This document shows, one piece after another, positions 43,718-54,345 of a DNA stretch of 64,000 nucleotides (within the stretch, counting starts at the first letter, position 1; each line of letters opens with the position of its first letter). Position numbers and translations under genes: made by a program. The DNA is taken from IMG/VR virus record IMGVR_UViG_3300008453_000586. One strand, given 5' to 3'. Origin of the DNA: a virus (taxonomy: Duplodnaviria > Heunggongvirae > Uroviricota > Caudoviricetes). The notes below the pieces were generated by a model. It was not told the DNA's origin and did not search any database. It saw nothing but the letters and a program-made list of their open reading frames with translations.

Positions 43718-45130
43718 TTAAACATTAATATTTTTTATTAATGTAATGTCAATGTCTGTAATTTTGCTAACTTGGTTATCATTGAATCCATAAATTTTAT
43801 TAGTGAAACTACCCGAAGATGTAATAGTTATTGTTTGTTGTAAATCATTATAACCAGTTGCACTTTCCCATAAACCTATATTTGCTAATTGAATAGAATA
43901 TGCTGGCATATCTTCTAAACCAGCATTTTTATCTGAAATATGTAAATATAAATCATACGTATCATCAGGTACATCATTAGGTATGTTAAAATTAAAACTA
44001 TTACTACCTTTATTCAAAGTTCTAAAATCCTTATCCAAAAGTCTTTTATACTCAACGTTTAAAGCATTTCTTAAAACTATATAAACTTTTTTCTCAAATA
44101 AAATTTTAGCATAACCTACGTTATTTATATTTAGTGTTAAATTATTACCGTTTAGTGTAGATGATGATAATACTAATCGATAACCCATATTTTTTAATAT
44201 TTCATCATAATAACCTTGAGCTATCCAACCATCCCAAACTGGTAGGTAATAATCTCTATTTATAACACTAAAATTTAATAAGTTAAATTCATAGGTTGCG
44301 TTGACACCACTAGTTCTTAACCCTCCATTACAAGAATTAAAACCATTTGATTCTCCAGTGTTAGGTAAATAAATACCAGCATTAGATATCAAATCGTAAT
44401 CAACACTACCAACTGGGTTAGTACATTGACCAATAATTTCATAAGTACCTTGGTCTCCATAACTATTTAGTAAAGCATCGTTATAAAAACCAATACGAGC
44501 CAATGGTGTGTTTTGATAAGCTGTTAAATTAGATATTAAAGTTGAACCGTACATTTCTCTTTTAGCTTTAGCTGTTCTTAATTGAATTGGTACATCTTGA
44601 AAATTGTTTAACATAGCATCAACAACATTTTGTCTATTCAACCATTGGCTTGGAGATACATTGCTTTGGTCTCCAAATTCAGTACTACTATCAGTGTAGA
44701 ACCATTCTCCATATAAACCAATAGAACCAGCTTGTATAGACAATATAACATCTTTATTTGCATTTATCGTACTTGATAACGCCTCTATATGGGCTATAAT
44801 TCTACTTTTTGAAGGTTGTGTGCTAGCTGTTGTTGTTATATTATAAGCAATTCTAGGAATTACTTTAACACCAGCATTTCTTATTCTAGTAAAATCTGTT
44901 TGTAAATTATTTAAATAAGTAGAATCTATGATATCAGTATTCATATAATTTTCTAACATTATATACCTATATAAAACAGTTATTTTATCACTACCTGTTC
45001 TATTATTTATTAATGTTGTTTGGTTAATGAGAGAATAAGAACCTCCACTTGTGTTTTTAGAATATTTTTGCAAACCCCTTTCAGGGTTTGCAATAATAGA
45101 TGTGGATGCTGTATAATTAACTGTTGTCAT
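43718..45130 (-). CDS. structural protein, probable tail fiber/receptor-binding protein (possibly with glycoside-hydrolase-like domain)
   Basis: 470 aa, N/S/T-rich, in an operon with a collagen-like tail fiber; an IPRIAY...GLYGEWF segment hints at a TIM-barrel hydrolase-like region (weak). Confidence 0.35.
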   Translation of the reverse strand: MTTVNYTASTSIIANPERGLQKYSKNTSGGSYSLINQTTLINNRTGSDKITVLYRYIMLENYMNTDIIDSTYLNNLQTDFTRIRNAGVKVIPRIAYNITTTASTQPSKSRIIAHIEALSSTINANKDVILSIQAGSIGLYGEWFYTDSSTEFGDQSNVSPSQWLNRQNVVDAMLNNFQDVPIQLRTAKAKREMYGSTLISNLTAYQNTPLARIGFYNDALLNSYGDQGTYEIIGQCTNPVGSVDYDLISNAGIYLPNTGESNGFNSCNGGLRTSGVNATYEFNLLNFSVINRDYYLPVWDGWIAQGYYDEILKNMGYRLVLSSSTLNGNNLTLNINNVGYAKILFEKKVYIVLRNALNVEYKRLLDKDFRTLNKGSNSFNFNIPNDVPDDTYDLYLHISDKNAGLEDMPAYSIQLANIGLWESATGYNDLQQTITITSSGSFTNKIYGFNDNQVSKITDIDITLIKNINV

Positions 45131-45136
45131 GATATC

Positions 45137-47854
45137 TTAAACTATTTCTATCCAAGTATTATCAGGGTTAAAATAAATAGTATCATTAACGCTATCTATA
45201 CAATATCCAATAACCCTAACCACTTCATTTGAACTTGAAGGAGCTGTTGTTTGGAAAAAACCGTTTGTAGTACTTAAATATAAAACATCACCAGTACCAA
45301 CACTTGAATAATTCCCTACAGCGTATCTAGCGTAACCTTTAATCAATATACCATCTGTTATTGATGTACCCAACGCAATTCCTATTAAATATTTTGATGA
45401 ACTAACGGTTGTTGCGTTAGCTACTGTCCATTGCCCTGAACTATTGAAATAATAAATCAAACCAGCCGATAACCCTGAACCTGTACCAAAATAAACTATT
45501 TCACCAGTAGAACCAGTACTACTTGGTAAAGTAATCTTAGTGTTAGGGTTAGTAAAAGTACCACCACTAATAGATGTTCCAGTCATCCCAGTTATTTGAC
45601 TTAAATTAACCGCTTCGTTAGCAGAACTTCCATTAGGTATTATTACTTTACCACCTGTTACTTCAATTGCTCTAAAATCAAAAGCTGAAGTTAATGTAGG
45701 TGCAATTCTAACACCATGGATAATTGATGATGTAGAACCTGTTTGATTTATTGTAGGTTCTAAATTAATCATTCTAATTGCTGTTCCACCTGTAACTGGG
45801 TTTATTGTATAGTTTTGATGAATAACATTTTGAGTGGCCCCAGTAATTGTCCAACTAGGATATATTGGTATAAATTCAAAAAGATTACCATTTGGATTAT
45901 AGGCCCTAAATTTTATACTACTCCCAGTATCACTATACATACCAGTAGCATCATCAGCAAAGAAGTAACCATTAACACCTTTTACTCTATAAGAACCAAT
46001 TATACCTACATCCCCATTAACAAATAATTTATTTGTTAATACCTTGGTACTGGTATCAGTATTTGCGTTGATTAGTACTTTATCTGAATAATAAATACTA
46101 GAACCAGTAGCACTCCAATAAGATGATTGCCCACTAACTACATTTCCATTAACATCTACGCCTAAATTATTTATAGATGTTCCAGTAAATAAATTTTTAA
46201 TATTTAATCTATCAACATATGTTGTATTTGATGTTAACCCAGTAATATTATTACCCAAAACAATTGTACTTGACCCAACAGCTAGTGAATTACTACCATG
46301 TACAAATGAAGTTTCTCCATTAGCAATAGATTGACTACCACCAGCATGTGAATAATTACCATTTGCGGTTGTCAAACCACCTTCAGCGTGTGAATAGTTT
46401 CCACTTGCTAGAGTTTCTGACCCTTCAGCGTGTGAAGCTTCACCAGATGCTGTTGTTTGTAAACCTTCAGCATGGCTAAAATCACCATTAGCTGCTGTAC
46501 TATCACCTTCAGCATGTGACGCATAACCATTTGCAATTGAAACAGAACCTTCAGCATGACTTGCTTGACCTATAGCAATCGCAAAAGAACCTTCAGCATG
46601 ACTATAATCACCACCAGCCGTTGTGTTAGCACCTTCAGAGTGACTTGTAAAACCAGATGCTGTTGTAAAGAATCCTTCAGCGTGAGCACCATTATTATCA
46701 GCTTTTGTTTGATAACCTTCAGTGTGGCTATAATCACCATTTGCTGTTGTTTGAAGACCTTCAGCGTGTGCGCTATTACCATTAGCTGTTGTACTACTAC
46801 CTTCAGCGTGACTACCACTACCACCATTAGCCAATGTAGCTACACCTTCAGCGTGTGCATAGGTCCCATTAGCTATTGTAGCATAACCTTGAGCATGCGT
46901 ATATTGACCTTGTGCTCTTGTTAGATAACCTTCAGCATGTGAATAAATACCCGTAGCTCTTGTACCACCACCTTCAGCATGAGATGTGTTACCACTAGCT
47001 GTTGTACCATTACCTTCAGCGTGTGAATAATTTCCAATAGCTTTAGTTTGATAACCTTCAGTGTGTGACATTTGACCACTAGCTGTTGTTAAATAACCTT
47101 CAGCGTGTGATACAGGACCAGATGCTAACGTTGACCAACCTTCAGCGTGTGCTACCGTGGTAGTAGCAGATGCTTTATAACCTTCAGCATATGAGTACAT
47201 ACCGCTAGCAAGTGTTTGACTACCAATAGCAAAAGCGTAATCTCCAGTAGCATCCAAACCAGTTGCATTAATTGCTTTTATCGAACTAATACCAGTTGAA
47301 CCAGATACGAAATAAGAAATTGTTGTTGCTGTGTTGGCTGGACCTTGAGGACCTGTAGGACCTGTAGGGCCTTGAGGACCTGTTGCTCCTTGAGCAGCTA
47401 ACAACGCCCAACTAGCTGTATCAACAGTAGGGTCATCGTTACCAGTACCTGAAACAGGGTTATAACAGAAATATGAAGCACCACTAAAACCTACAGCGTC
47501 ATTAATATTATAAGATGTGTCGCCATCCCAAAGACCTTGCCATAGCAAACCAGCAGGGCCTACTGCACCATCAGGACCTGTAGGACCTGTAGGACCTGTA
47601 GGACCTGTAGGACCTTGAGGTCCTGTTAGTCCTTGAATACCTTGAGGACCTTCAGGACCTGTAGCACCAGGCAAACCATCAGCACCAGCTGGACCCACAG
47701 GTCCTTGAGGTCCACCATTTACGTAAGGGATAATTCCAGTTGCGAAAGTATCGAAAGTTACTTGAGTTGTAATTCCATTAGTAACAACTGGTAAAATGCT
47801 AGCCATATCTAATGAACCAACGGGTAATTGACTAATTTTTTTGTCTACTGCCAT
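45137..47854 (-). CDS. tail fiber protein with collagen-like region and about 25 SHAEG beta-repeats
   Basis: About 40 consecutive G-x-y triplets near the N-terminus ([49 protein letters not shown]); central roughly 300 aa of repeated xSHAEGxxTxAxG units. Confidence 0.65.
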   Translation of the reverse strand: MAVDKKISQLPVGSLDMASILPVVTNGITTQVTFDTFATGIIPYVNGGPQGPVGPAGADGLPGATGPEGPQGIQGLTGPQGPTGPTGPTGPTGPDGAVGPAGLLWQGLWDGDTSYNINDAVGFSGASYFCYNPVSGTGNDDPTVDTASWALLAAQGATGPQGPTGPTGPQGPANTATTISYFVSGSTGISSIKAINATGLDATGDYAFAIGSQTLASGMYSYAEGYKASATTTVAHAEGWSTLASGPVSHAEGYLTTASGQMSHTEGYQTKAIGNYSHAEGNGTTASGNTSHAEGGGTRATGIYSHAEGYLTRAQGQYTHAQGYATIANGTYAHAEGVATLANGGSGSHAEGSSTTANGNSAHAEGLQTTANGDYSHTEGYQTKADNNGAHAEGFFTTASGFTSHSEGANTTAGGDYSHAEGSFAIAIGQASHAEGSVSIANGYASHAEGDSTAANGDFSHAEGLQTTASGEASHAEGSETLASGNYSHAEGGLTTANGNYSHAGGSQSIANGETSFVHGSNSLAVGSSTIVLGNNITGLTSNTTYVDRLNIKNLFTGTSINNLGVDVNGNVVSGQSSYWSATGSSIYYSDKVLINANTDTSTKVLTNKLFVNGDVGIIGSYRVKGVNGYFFADDATGMYSDTGSSIKFRAYNPNGNLFEFIPIYPSWTITGATQNVIHQNYTINPVTGGTAIRMINLEPTINQTGSTSSIIHGVRIAPTLTSAFDFRAIEVTGGKVIIPNGSSANEAVNLSQITGMTGTSISGGTFTNPNTKITLPSSTGSTGEIVYFGTGSGLSAGLIYYFNSSGQWTVANATTVSSSKYLIGIALGTSITDGILIKGYARYAVGNYSSVGTGDVLYLSTTNGFFQTTAPSSSNEVVRVIGYCIDSVNDTIYFNPDNTWIEIV

Positions 47855-47856
47855 AA

Positions 47857-48111
47857 TTAAAGATAAATTTTACCACCATCCTCTAAAAGTAAGTAAGGAC
47901 CTAACTCTATTAAAAGGTAGCCGAGTTGATTGTTATTGTTATTGTTATTGTTTGAACTACCTCCAGTTGAACCACCAGCACCACCAGCAGCAGACCCAAT
48001 ACAAGCAGACCCAGCACCTATTTTGTTTGGGTTTGACCAATAGCTAGGTAAGTCACTTTTATCGGTTTCGATAGTAACCACTTGTGGACTAATTAATTTT
48101 TTTATGAACAT
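47857..48111 (-). CDS. small structural-module protein with poly-Asn tract
   Basis: 84 aa, Gly/Ser/Ala-rich then NNNNNNNN encoded by a (TTGTTA)n microsatellite; first gene of the minus-strand fiber operon. Confidence 0.35.
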   Translation of the reverse strand: MFIKKLISPQVVTIETDKSDLPSYWSNPNKIGAGSACIGSAAGGAGGSTGGSSNNNNNNNNQLGYLLIELGPYLLLEDGGKIYL

Positions 48112-48177
48112 AGCTTAATTGTTTTAATATAAATATAAAAATTAAACAATAAATTTTGTTTTATAAACAAAAAATTG

Positions 48178-48185
48178 TATCTTTG
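48178..48185 (+). promoter_or_regulatory. -7 box TATCTTTG
   Basis: aaattgtatctttgcaaaaaaatatattATG. Confidence 0.45.
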
Positions 48186-48199
48186 CAAAAAAATATATT

Positions 48200-48832
48200 A
48201 TGATAACAGCACAAGTAGTTTTAATTAACGAAGAAGGATTGGTACTAGGTGTATCAAGAAAAGATAACCATAGCGATTTCGGATTACCAGGTGGTAAAAT
48301 GGACCCAGAAGACAACAACGACTCTATGATAACAGCGATAAGAGAGTGTAAAGAAGAAACTGGTTTAGATATTTCTGATTTACAATTAGTATTCGCAATA
48401 CATAAAAGTGGTAACATGGGTTATACTTATTTAGCCAAGTATTCTGGTGAAATAAACCATAATGAACCGCATGTGGTTAAATGGGTGCCAATGCAAGTTC
48501 TTATCAACGGAAGTTTTGGTAGATACAATGAAATGGTTAGTGAATCATTAACTTCGATGGGTGTTCAATACCAAATGGATATTGATGAAGAAACACTTAA
48601 AGAAGAATTAAATGAGTTTATGAAAGACCATACGTTTAACGGTTTCAACGTAACTGTTAAAGACCTCAGAAAAGAAAAAGATTGGTTGGGTAAATCTCAG
48701 TATACTCTTTATCTTACAAGTATAGTTGAAGAAACTTGTGATTTTGACACTAGGTTTACAGAAGGCATTGATGCTGTGGGTGCCAGACATGGTGTTAAAA
48801 TAAGAATTCCAAGTTATTATTATTCAAAATAA
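48200..48832 (+). CDS. NUDIX hydrolase
   Basis: Nudix box GLPGGKMDPEDNNDSMITAIRECKEETGL (GX5EX7REUXEEXGU). Confidence 0.75.
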   Translation: MITAQVVLINEEGLVLGVSRKDNHSDFGLPGGKMDPEDNNDSMITAIRECKEETGLDISDLQLVFAIHKSGNMGYTYLAKYSGEINHNEPHVVKWVPMQVLINGSFGRYNEMVSESLTSMGVQYQMDIDEETLKEELNEFMKDHTFNGFNVTVKDLRKEKDWLGKSQYTLYLTSIVEETCDFDTRFTEGIDAVGARHGVKIRIPSYYYSK

Positions 48833-48855
48833 TTGCATGATATAATTTAAAATAG

Positions 48856-48863
48856 TATCTTTG
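48856..48863 (+). promoter_or_regulatory. -7 box TATCTTTG
   Basis: aatagtatctttgtaaaaaatataaaatATG. Confidence 0.45.
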
Positions 48864-48878
48864 TAAAAAATATAAAAT

Positions 48879-49238
48879 ATGGCAAACATAGAAAGACGAT
48901 TAGAGTTGACCACTAAATTCATGAAAATGGGTCAAGCTTTAATGCACGAAGGTTCTGAAACTGGTGATGTAACAATATCGCAGTTAGGAACAATGTTAAT
49001 TTTCTTAGGCGGTTTAGCTTTCGATGAAAATGATGTAAACAAATTTAGCGAACTGGTTTCCATGTTCTCTGCTAAAAAATTATTTGATAATTTGGATGAA
49101 AATGATTCATCTTTCCTTAGGGAAATGAAAAGTAGAGCGGACAGCGGAACTTATGATGATATCATCAGAGCAATTGAAGACATGAGAGAAGATGGCTTCG
49201 ATGATAACGATGATAACGAAGAAGACGACGAACAATAA
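48879..49238 (+). CDS. hypothetical acidic protein
   Basis: 119 aa with D/E-rich tail. Confidence 0.35.
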   Translation: MANIERRLELTTKFMKMGQALMHEGSETGDVTISQLGTMLIFLGGLAFDENDVNKFSELVSMFSAKKLFDNLDENDSSFLREMKSRADSGTYDDIIRAIEDMREDGFDDNDDNEEDDEQ

Positions 49239-49257
49239 TTAAACTTTAATATTTAAA

Positions 49258-50103
49258 ATGGAAATTAAGAAACAAAAAACTAAAACCTTAATAACCAGAG
49301 ATAATGATAGAAGTAGTGATGCTATTTCACCTAATTTTATATATGGTTGTCTTGGTGGGTGTATGAAGTCATATTGTTATGTAGGTAGATATAATGCTGA
49401 CAAGGTTTATATCAACGAAAACACAGAGCAAATCTTAGCTTCCGTTAATAAATGGGTTGAATCCAAGCCATGGCCTAAAGTGTCAAATCAAGTTGATGAC
49501 ACTTACTATTGTATAGATATAGGGTGTAGTACTGATGTGCCTTTACATGGTAAACACTATGAGTGGCAACAAGTATTTGATTTTTTCAACACACATGACA
49601 AAGTAAAAACTACTTTTGCAACCAAATACCCAACAAAGTTTAATATACAAGACTATAATTTAGCTGCAAATAAGCATAGAATAAGAATTAGTTTAATGCC
49701 TCAAAAAATATCAGATGTTTTAGAACCTAAAACGGATAGTATCGCTGATAGAATTGCAATGATTCCTATTCTTCAAGAAAAAATGGAAGTTCATATTAAC
49801 TTTAGTCCTATTGTATATTATCCAAATTGGTTAGATGATTATAAAGAGTTGTTTGAAATGTTGAAAGGTATTGATTTTAAATCAGAATGTATCTTTTTAA
49901 CTTACAATAATATTCAACTTAAAAGAAATACTTTAGAAGTAAATAATCTACTTAGTATTCCTGAGTTACAAGAAGCTAAAGATTCTCAGTATGCTGCTGA
50001 TAACATCAGATATGAAAGACGTTTCAAACATGGTTTAATATTAGAGTTTAAAGATTTATATTCTAAGTATTTTCCTTTAGAAACTATCAGATATATTTTT
50101 TAA
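49258..50103 (+). CDS. hypothetical protein
   Basis: 281-aa ORF. Confidence 0.35.
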   Translation: MEIKKQKTKTLITRDNDRSSDAISPNFIYGCLGGCMKSYCYVGRYNADKVYINENTEQILASVNKWVESKPWPKVSNQVDDTYYCIDIGCSTDVPLHGKHYEWQQVFDFFNTHDKVKTTFATKYPTKFNIQDYNLAANKHRIRISLMPQKISDVLEPKTDSIADRIAMIPILQEKMEVHINFSPIVYYPNWLDDYKELFEMLKGIDFKSECIFLTYNNIQLKRNTLEVNNLLSIPELQEAKDSQYAADNIRYERRFKHGLILEFKDLYSKYFPLETIRYIF

Positions 50104-50120
50104 TTTAAAAACAAAAAAAA

Positions 50121-51257
50121 ATGAAAAATAATGAATTAGCTATCGTTACATATATAAAAAAATATGGGCTAGATAAAGCTATAAATGACTTTAAACTTAA
50201 ATCAAGAGAATACGATAAGAAGATTCTTTTGAAATACGACCAATTATCATCACCAACTCTTATGGGGTTGCCAGAGATGCAAGATTGTCGTGGTCTTATT
50301 CTTGAAAAAGGTACGTGGAAAGTTATGTCGTTGGCGTTCCGTAAATTCTTCAACGCTGAGGAAGGAAACGCTGCTAAAATAGATTGGAACACAGCCAATG
50401 TGTTAGAGAAACTTGATGGTACCCTTATACAAGTATATTGGGATTGGCACGCTAATAAATGGTTTGCTGGTACAACTGGTACCGCTGAGGGTGAAGGTGA
50501 AGTAAACAACAAAAACGGAACAACATTTAACGATTTGTTTTGGGATACAGTAAACAACAAATACACATTCAATGAATGTTTATTGAACAAAGACCTTATA
50601 TATGTTTTTGAGTTGACAACACCATATAACATAGTGGTTAAACCACATGGTGAATCATCAGCAACATTGTTAACTGTGAGAAACAGAGAAACACTAGTTG
50701 AATTATCTGGAAAAGCTTTAGAAATGACCTCTGTGTCATTAAGCATACCATTGGTAAAATCGTTTGACTTGAATGCTAAGGATGTAGGTGCATTGTTACG
50801 TACATTTGAAGGTATGCCATGGTCAGAAGAAGGTTACGTTGTTGTAGACGCTAATTTCAACCGTATCAAGATAAAAAACCCAGCTTATGTTGCGGTTCAC
50901 CACTTGAAAGGTAAAACTGCTGAACACAATATCATAACTATCGTTAAATCTAACGAGATAGAAGAATTCGCCTCAACTTTCCCAGAAAGAAAAGACGAAT
51001 TGTTAAGACTTAAAGAAAACTACGATAAATTGACTGTAAAGTTAAATGATATGTGGGTTGAGTTAAGTGCTCGTAAACCAAGAAACATAACCAAAGAAGA
51101 AAAGAAAAGATACGCTGCGGCTGTCTTTGAAGTTTGTGGTAAACACGACTTAAAACAATTCACTGGATTGTATTTTGGGTTGGTTGATGGTAAAGTTGAT
51201 TCAGTAGAAGACTTCATAGTTAACTACGATGACAAATTGTTATACAAAATGCTCTAA
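50121..51257 (+). CDS. ATP-dependent RNA ligase (Rnl family)
   Basis: Motif I LEKLDGTL (KxDG), motif IV EGYVVV, motif V KIKNPAY. Confidence 0.65.
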   Translation: MKNNELAIVTYIKKYGLDKAINDFKLKSREYDKKILLKYDQLSSPTLMGLPEMQDCRGLILEKGTWKVMSLAFRKFFNAEEGNAAKIDWNTANVLEKLDGTLIQVYWDWHANKWFAGTTGTAEGEGEVNNKNGTTFNDLFWDTVNNKYTFNECLLNKDLIYVFELTTPYNIVVKPHGESSATLLTVRNRETLVELSGKALEMTSVSLSIPLVKSFDLNAKDVGALLRTFEGMPWSEEGYVVVDANFNRIKIKNPAYVAVHHLKGKTAEHNIITIVKSNEIEEFASTFPERKDELLRLKENYDKLTVKLNDMWVELSARKPRNITKEEKKRYAAAVFEVCGKHDLKQFTGLYFGLVDGKVDSVEDFIVNYDDKLLYKML

Positions 51258-51295
51258 TCCTTATGGGTTAGAGCATAACCTTTAAAATAAATAAT

Positions 51296-51544
51296 ATGAA
51301 AGAAAACATTACGGCCGACTGGGCTAGAAAAACAGCGGAAACAATCTTAGGTGAACAGGTTGAAAAACAAATTAAGTTATGTTTGGAAGCGGTAGAAATG
51401 TCAGTAAAAAGAAATCAATTTTCTTGTGATGTTTCATGTTACCCACAAGATTTAGCAATCAAAGAGTTAAACAAACGTGGTTTTAAAACCAAGTATGTTG
51501 ATGGGGAATTTAGAGATGGTGGTTACTTAAGAATTAGTTGGTAA
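51296..51544 (+). CDS. hypothetical protein
   Basis: 82-aa ORF. Confidence 0.3.
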   Translation: MKENITADWARKTAETILGEQVEKQIKLCLEAVEMSVKRNQFSCDVSCYPQDLAIKELNKRGFKTKYVDGEFRDGGYLRISW

Positions 51545-51782
51545 TGGTAAATTGAAGCAAAAAAGAGAAACAAAAAATGAATATAAATACCTTTTAATCA
51601 GAAGATAATATGCACAAACTAGATAGATACGGCAGGGTAATTAACGAATACGGTCAAGAAATGGGTTTCGGTAATTATTACCCAAATTGGAATATTCCAG
51701 ACATCAAATCAAACCCTTGTTCCGAAATTGAGTTACCGAAACAAAAAGAAAACAAACACAAATACATTTTAATCAGAAGATA

Positions 51783-52286
51783 ATGACTTACACTGACAAA
51801 ACTTACGAAGAAGCAAAGTTGGTAGCTATCAAAGCGCACAGCAACCAATCCTATGATGAGATATTTCCATACCACAAACACTTACAAGATGTTGTGGATG
51901 TAATCAAACGATTTGGTTACTCTGGGAAATACATTGTGGCCGCTTGGTTACACGATGCCATAGAAGATGATGGTATAAGCTACAACGACATTAAAAAACA
52001 TTTCGGTATTGAAGTCGCTGAGATGGTTTTCTGTGTTACTGATGAGCTTGGAAGAAACAGAAAAGAGAAAAAAGAGAAAACTCTACCTAAAACAGCTAGC
52101 AACCCAGATGCGATTATTTTAAAATTAGCGGATAGAATTGCGAACATCGAACACGGTGGTAAAATTGACATGTATGCCAAGGAATACGCGGAGTTCAAAG
52201 GTGTTTTGTACCTTAATACACCCATCGCTGCCAAACCAATGTGGGAACATTTGGAAAAATTATTGGGAAAAAGTTTGGAGGATTAA
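51783..52286 (+). CDS. HD-domain phosphohydrolase
   Basis: H...HKHLQD...AAWLHDAIED...D arrangement (H, HD, D metal ligands). Confidence 0.55.
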   Translation: MTYTDKTYEEAKLVAIKAHSNQSYDEIFPYHKHLQDVVDVIKRFGYSGKYIVAAWLHDAIEDDGISYNDIKKHFGIEVAEMVFCVTDELGRNRKEKKEKTLPKTASNPDAIILKLADRIANIEHGGKIDMYAKEYAEFKGVLYLNTPIAAKPMWEHLEKLLGKSLED

Positions 52287-52296
52287 AAATAAGTAG

Positions 52297-52304
52297 TATA
52301 TTTG
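52297..52304 (+). promoter_or_regulatory. -7 box TATATTTG inside the 17-mer aagtagtatatttgtac (identical copy at 54281-54297)
   Basis: Exact repeat of the extended promoter sequence upstream of two membrane-protein genes. Confidence 0.45.
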
Positions 52305-52324
52305 TACTCTAAAACAAAAACATT

Positions 52325-52636
52325 ATGGCTGGAGAAATAATTGGAGATTTAATAGTAGGGATTGCTGAAGTAGGGCTTGAAGCCGCTGGTAGTTCAGATA
52401 ATAAAAAATCTGGTTGGGGTTGTTTAATTACAACAATCCTTTTAATATTGATATGTGTTGGTGTATACTTTATAGTCACCGCAGAAAGACCACAACCAAC
52501 ACAAGGTCTAGTGACCAAAAAATTACCCGATGACAAGATGGTTATCAAAACCAAAAAAGGTGAAGATGTTTATACAATAACTCATGAGTTATACCTTAAC
52601 AAAAAAGTAGGTGACTCAATAATCTTAAATAATTAA
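52325..52636 (+). CDS. small membrane protein
   Basis: 103 aa with one TM. Confidence 0.35.
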   Translation: MAGEIIGDLIVGIAEVGLEAAGSSDNKKSGWGCLITTILLILICVGVYFIVTAERPQPTQGLVTKKLPDDKMVIKTKKGEDVYTITHELYLNKKVGDSIILNN

Positions 52637-52637
52637 T

Positions 52638-54038
52638 ATGATAATCAAACAAATTTTTGACGAGATTGCTGCTGAGAGCGGTAACAACGCTAAGGTTGAT
52701 ATCCTTAGAAAATACTCAGATAATGAACTTTTAAAAAGAGTGCTATATTTGGCCAACTCTAAACGAGTTAAATTCTATCTAAAACGTGTTCCAGAATACA
52801 CGCCAGACAACGATGGTGGTGAAACACTTGAATGGGCTTTAGCTGGGTTAGAGAAAATTTACAACAGAGAATTCACTGGGTCTGAAGCTATAAACTGGCT
52901 TGTAGTGTTATTGAGTGGTGTATCAACAGATGATGCCTATATCATTGAGCGTATTATCGAGAAAGACTGTAAAATTGGTATGGGTACTACGTTTATGAAC
53001 AAAGTGTTTAAAGACCTTATTGAAGATACACCTTATATGGGTGCTGTATCTTTTGACGAGAAGAAAGCTCGTAAAATTTTTGAAAAAGGTGGTAAAGGTA
53101 TATCACAAATCAAAATGGATGGTCGTTACTGCAACGCTGTCATTCGAAGTGGTGAGGTTGAAATGGAATCACGTCAAGGTGAGCCAACAATCCTTACTGG
53201 TGCCAAGTTCTTAGATGAATTAACTTCATTTGAAGATTGTGTTCTTAACGGTGAGTTAACCATGGTTGATACACCTAGATATGAGTCTAACGGTATCATA
53301 GCATCACTTATTGACATCTTGGGTAAGAAAGACTCTAGAACTGATAAAGAAAATGAGAAAAAACTAAAAGCGTTCACTGACAAACATGGTTCGATGGAAG
53401 AAGCTTTAGACAAAATTCGTTATACCGTATGGGACCGTCTTACAGTAGATGAATACTTCAACAAATCATCAAAACTTAAATACGCTGAACGTTTAGCATA
53501 TTTGGAAAGAGCTATTGAAAGAGTTGGTCCAACACATGTAAACATCGTTGAAAGCCTTATTGTTCACAATTATGCGCAAGCTATGACCCACTTCCAAGAA
53601 GTGTTATCTGCTGGTGAAGAAGGTACAATCCTTAAAGCATGGAATGGTGAGTGGAAAGACGGAAAACCAACATGGCAAATCAAAATGAAATTGGAAATGG
53701 ATGTTGATTTACGTATTGTAGGGTTCAACTACGGAACCAAAGGAACAAAGAATGAGAATGTAATCTCTAGTCTTAACTGTGAGTCTTCTGATGGATTGGT
53801 TAAAACAAGACCACAAGGTCTTAAAGAAGATATGATGGCTTATATCACAGAAAACCAAGAGAACTTGTTAGGTACTGTAATACAATGCAAATGTAACGGT
53901 TTATCAAACGATATTGATGGTAACTATTCATTGTTATACCCTTCTTTTGCTGGGTTCAGAGATGACAAAAACACATGTGATTCCTTGGAGTCCATCAAAG
54001 AAATTGAGAACATGATTAAAACTTTATTGGTAGAGTAA
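52638..54038 (+). CDS. ATP-dependent DNA ligase
   Basis: Motif I SQIKMDGRY (KxDG), motif IV EGTILK, motif V WQIKMK; 466 aa. Confidence 0.75.
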   Translation: MIIKQIFDEIAAESGNNAKVDILRKYSDNELLKRVLYLANSKRVKFYLKRVPEYTPDNDGGETLEWALAGLEKIYNREFTGSEAINWLVVLLSGVSTDDAYIIERIIEKDCKIGMGTTFMNKVFKDLIEDTPYMGAVSFDEKKARKIFEKGGKGISQIKMDGRYCNAVIRSGEVEMESRQGEPTILTGAKFLDELTSFEDCVLNGELTMVDTPRYESNGIIASLIDILGKKDSRTDKENEKKLKAFTDKHGSMEEALDKIRYTVWDRLTVDEYFNKSSKLKYAERLAYLERAIERVGPTHVNIVESLIVHNYAQAMTHFQEVLSAGEEGTILKAWNGEWKDGKPTWQIKMKLEMDVDLRIVGFNYGTKGTKNENVISSLNCESSDGLVKTRPQGLKEDMMAYITENQENLLGTVIQCKCNGLSNDIDGNYSLLYPSFAGFRDDKNTCDSLESIKEIENMIKTLLVE

Positions 54039-54262
54039 TGAGTATTGCGTTGACGATTTTAATAGTGATTCTATCTATTTTACTATTGGTGGTATTAGGT
54101 TCTTATATAGCGGTTTTTTATGCGGCATATAAGGTTAAAAAACGAGCAGAAGAATTTATGATTAACAAGGGTAAACAAATCCTAAATGACAACATTGACA
54201 TGGGTGTTGGTAAATTCCAAAAAAGGTTAATTGAAGAAGTTAATAAAAAAAACAATAAATAA
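54038..54262 (+). CDS. small membrane protein
   Basis: 74 aa with N-terminal TM. Confidence 0.35.
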   Translation: MSIALTILIVILSILLLVVLGSYIAVFYAAYKVKKRAEEFMINKGKQILNDNIDMGVGKFQKRLIEEVNKKNNK

Positions 54263-54286
54263 TTTTGTGGTTACAAAATAAAGTAG

Positions 54287-54294
54287 TATATTTG
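54287..54294 (+). promoter_or_regulatory. -7 box TATATTTG (second copy of the 17-mer)
   Basis: aagtagtatatttgtacctc. Confidence 0.45.
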
Positions 54295-54345
54295 TACCTC
54301 AAAACAATAACAATAAAATTAAAAACAAATTAAAAACAAAAAAAG

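Noticed and set aside
46556-46924. Plus-strand Cys-rich ORF (122 aa) and antisense ORF 46570..46827
   Set aside because: They lie antisense or out of frame within the tail-fiber gene and are artifacts of its periodic repeats.
46300-47200. Repetitive DNA that might be a CRISPR array or tandem repeat
   Set aside because: The repeats are imperfect, in-frame, and encode the SHAEG protein repeats of the tail fiber. There are no spacer/repeat regularity or leader features.
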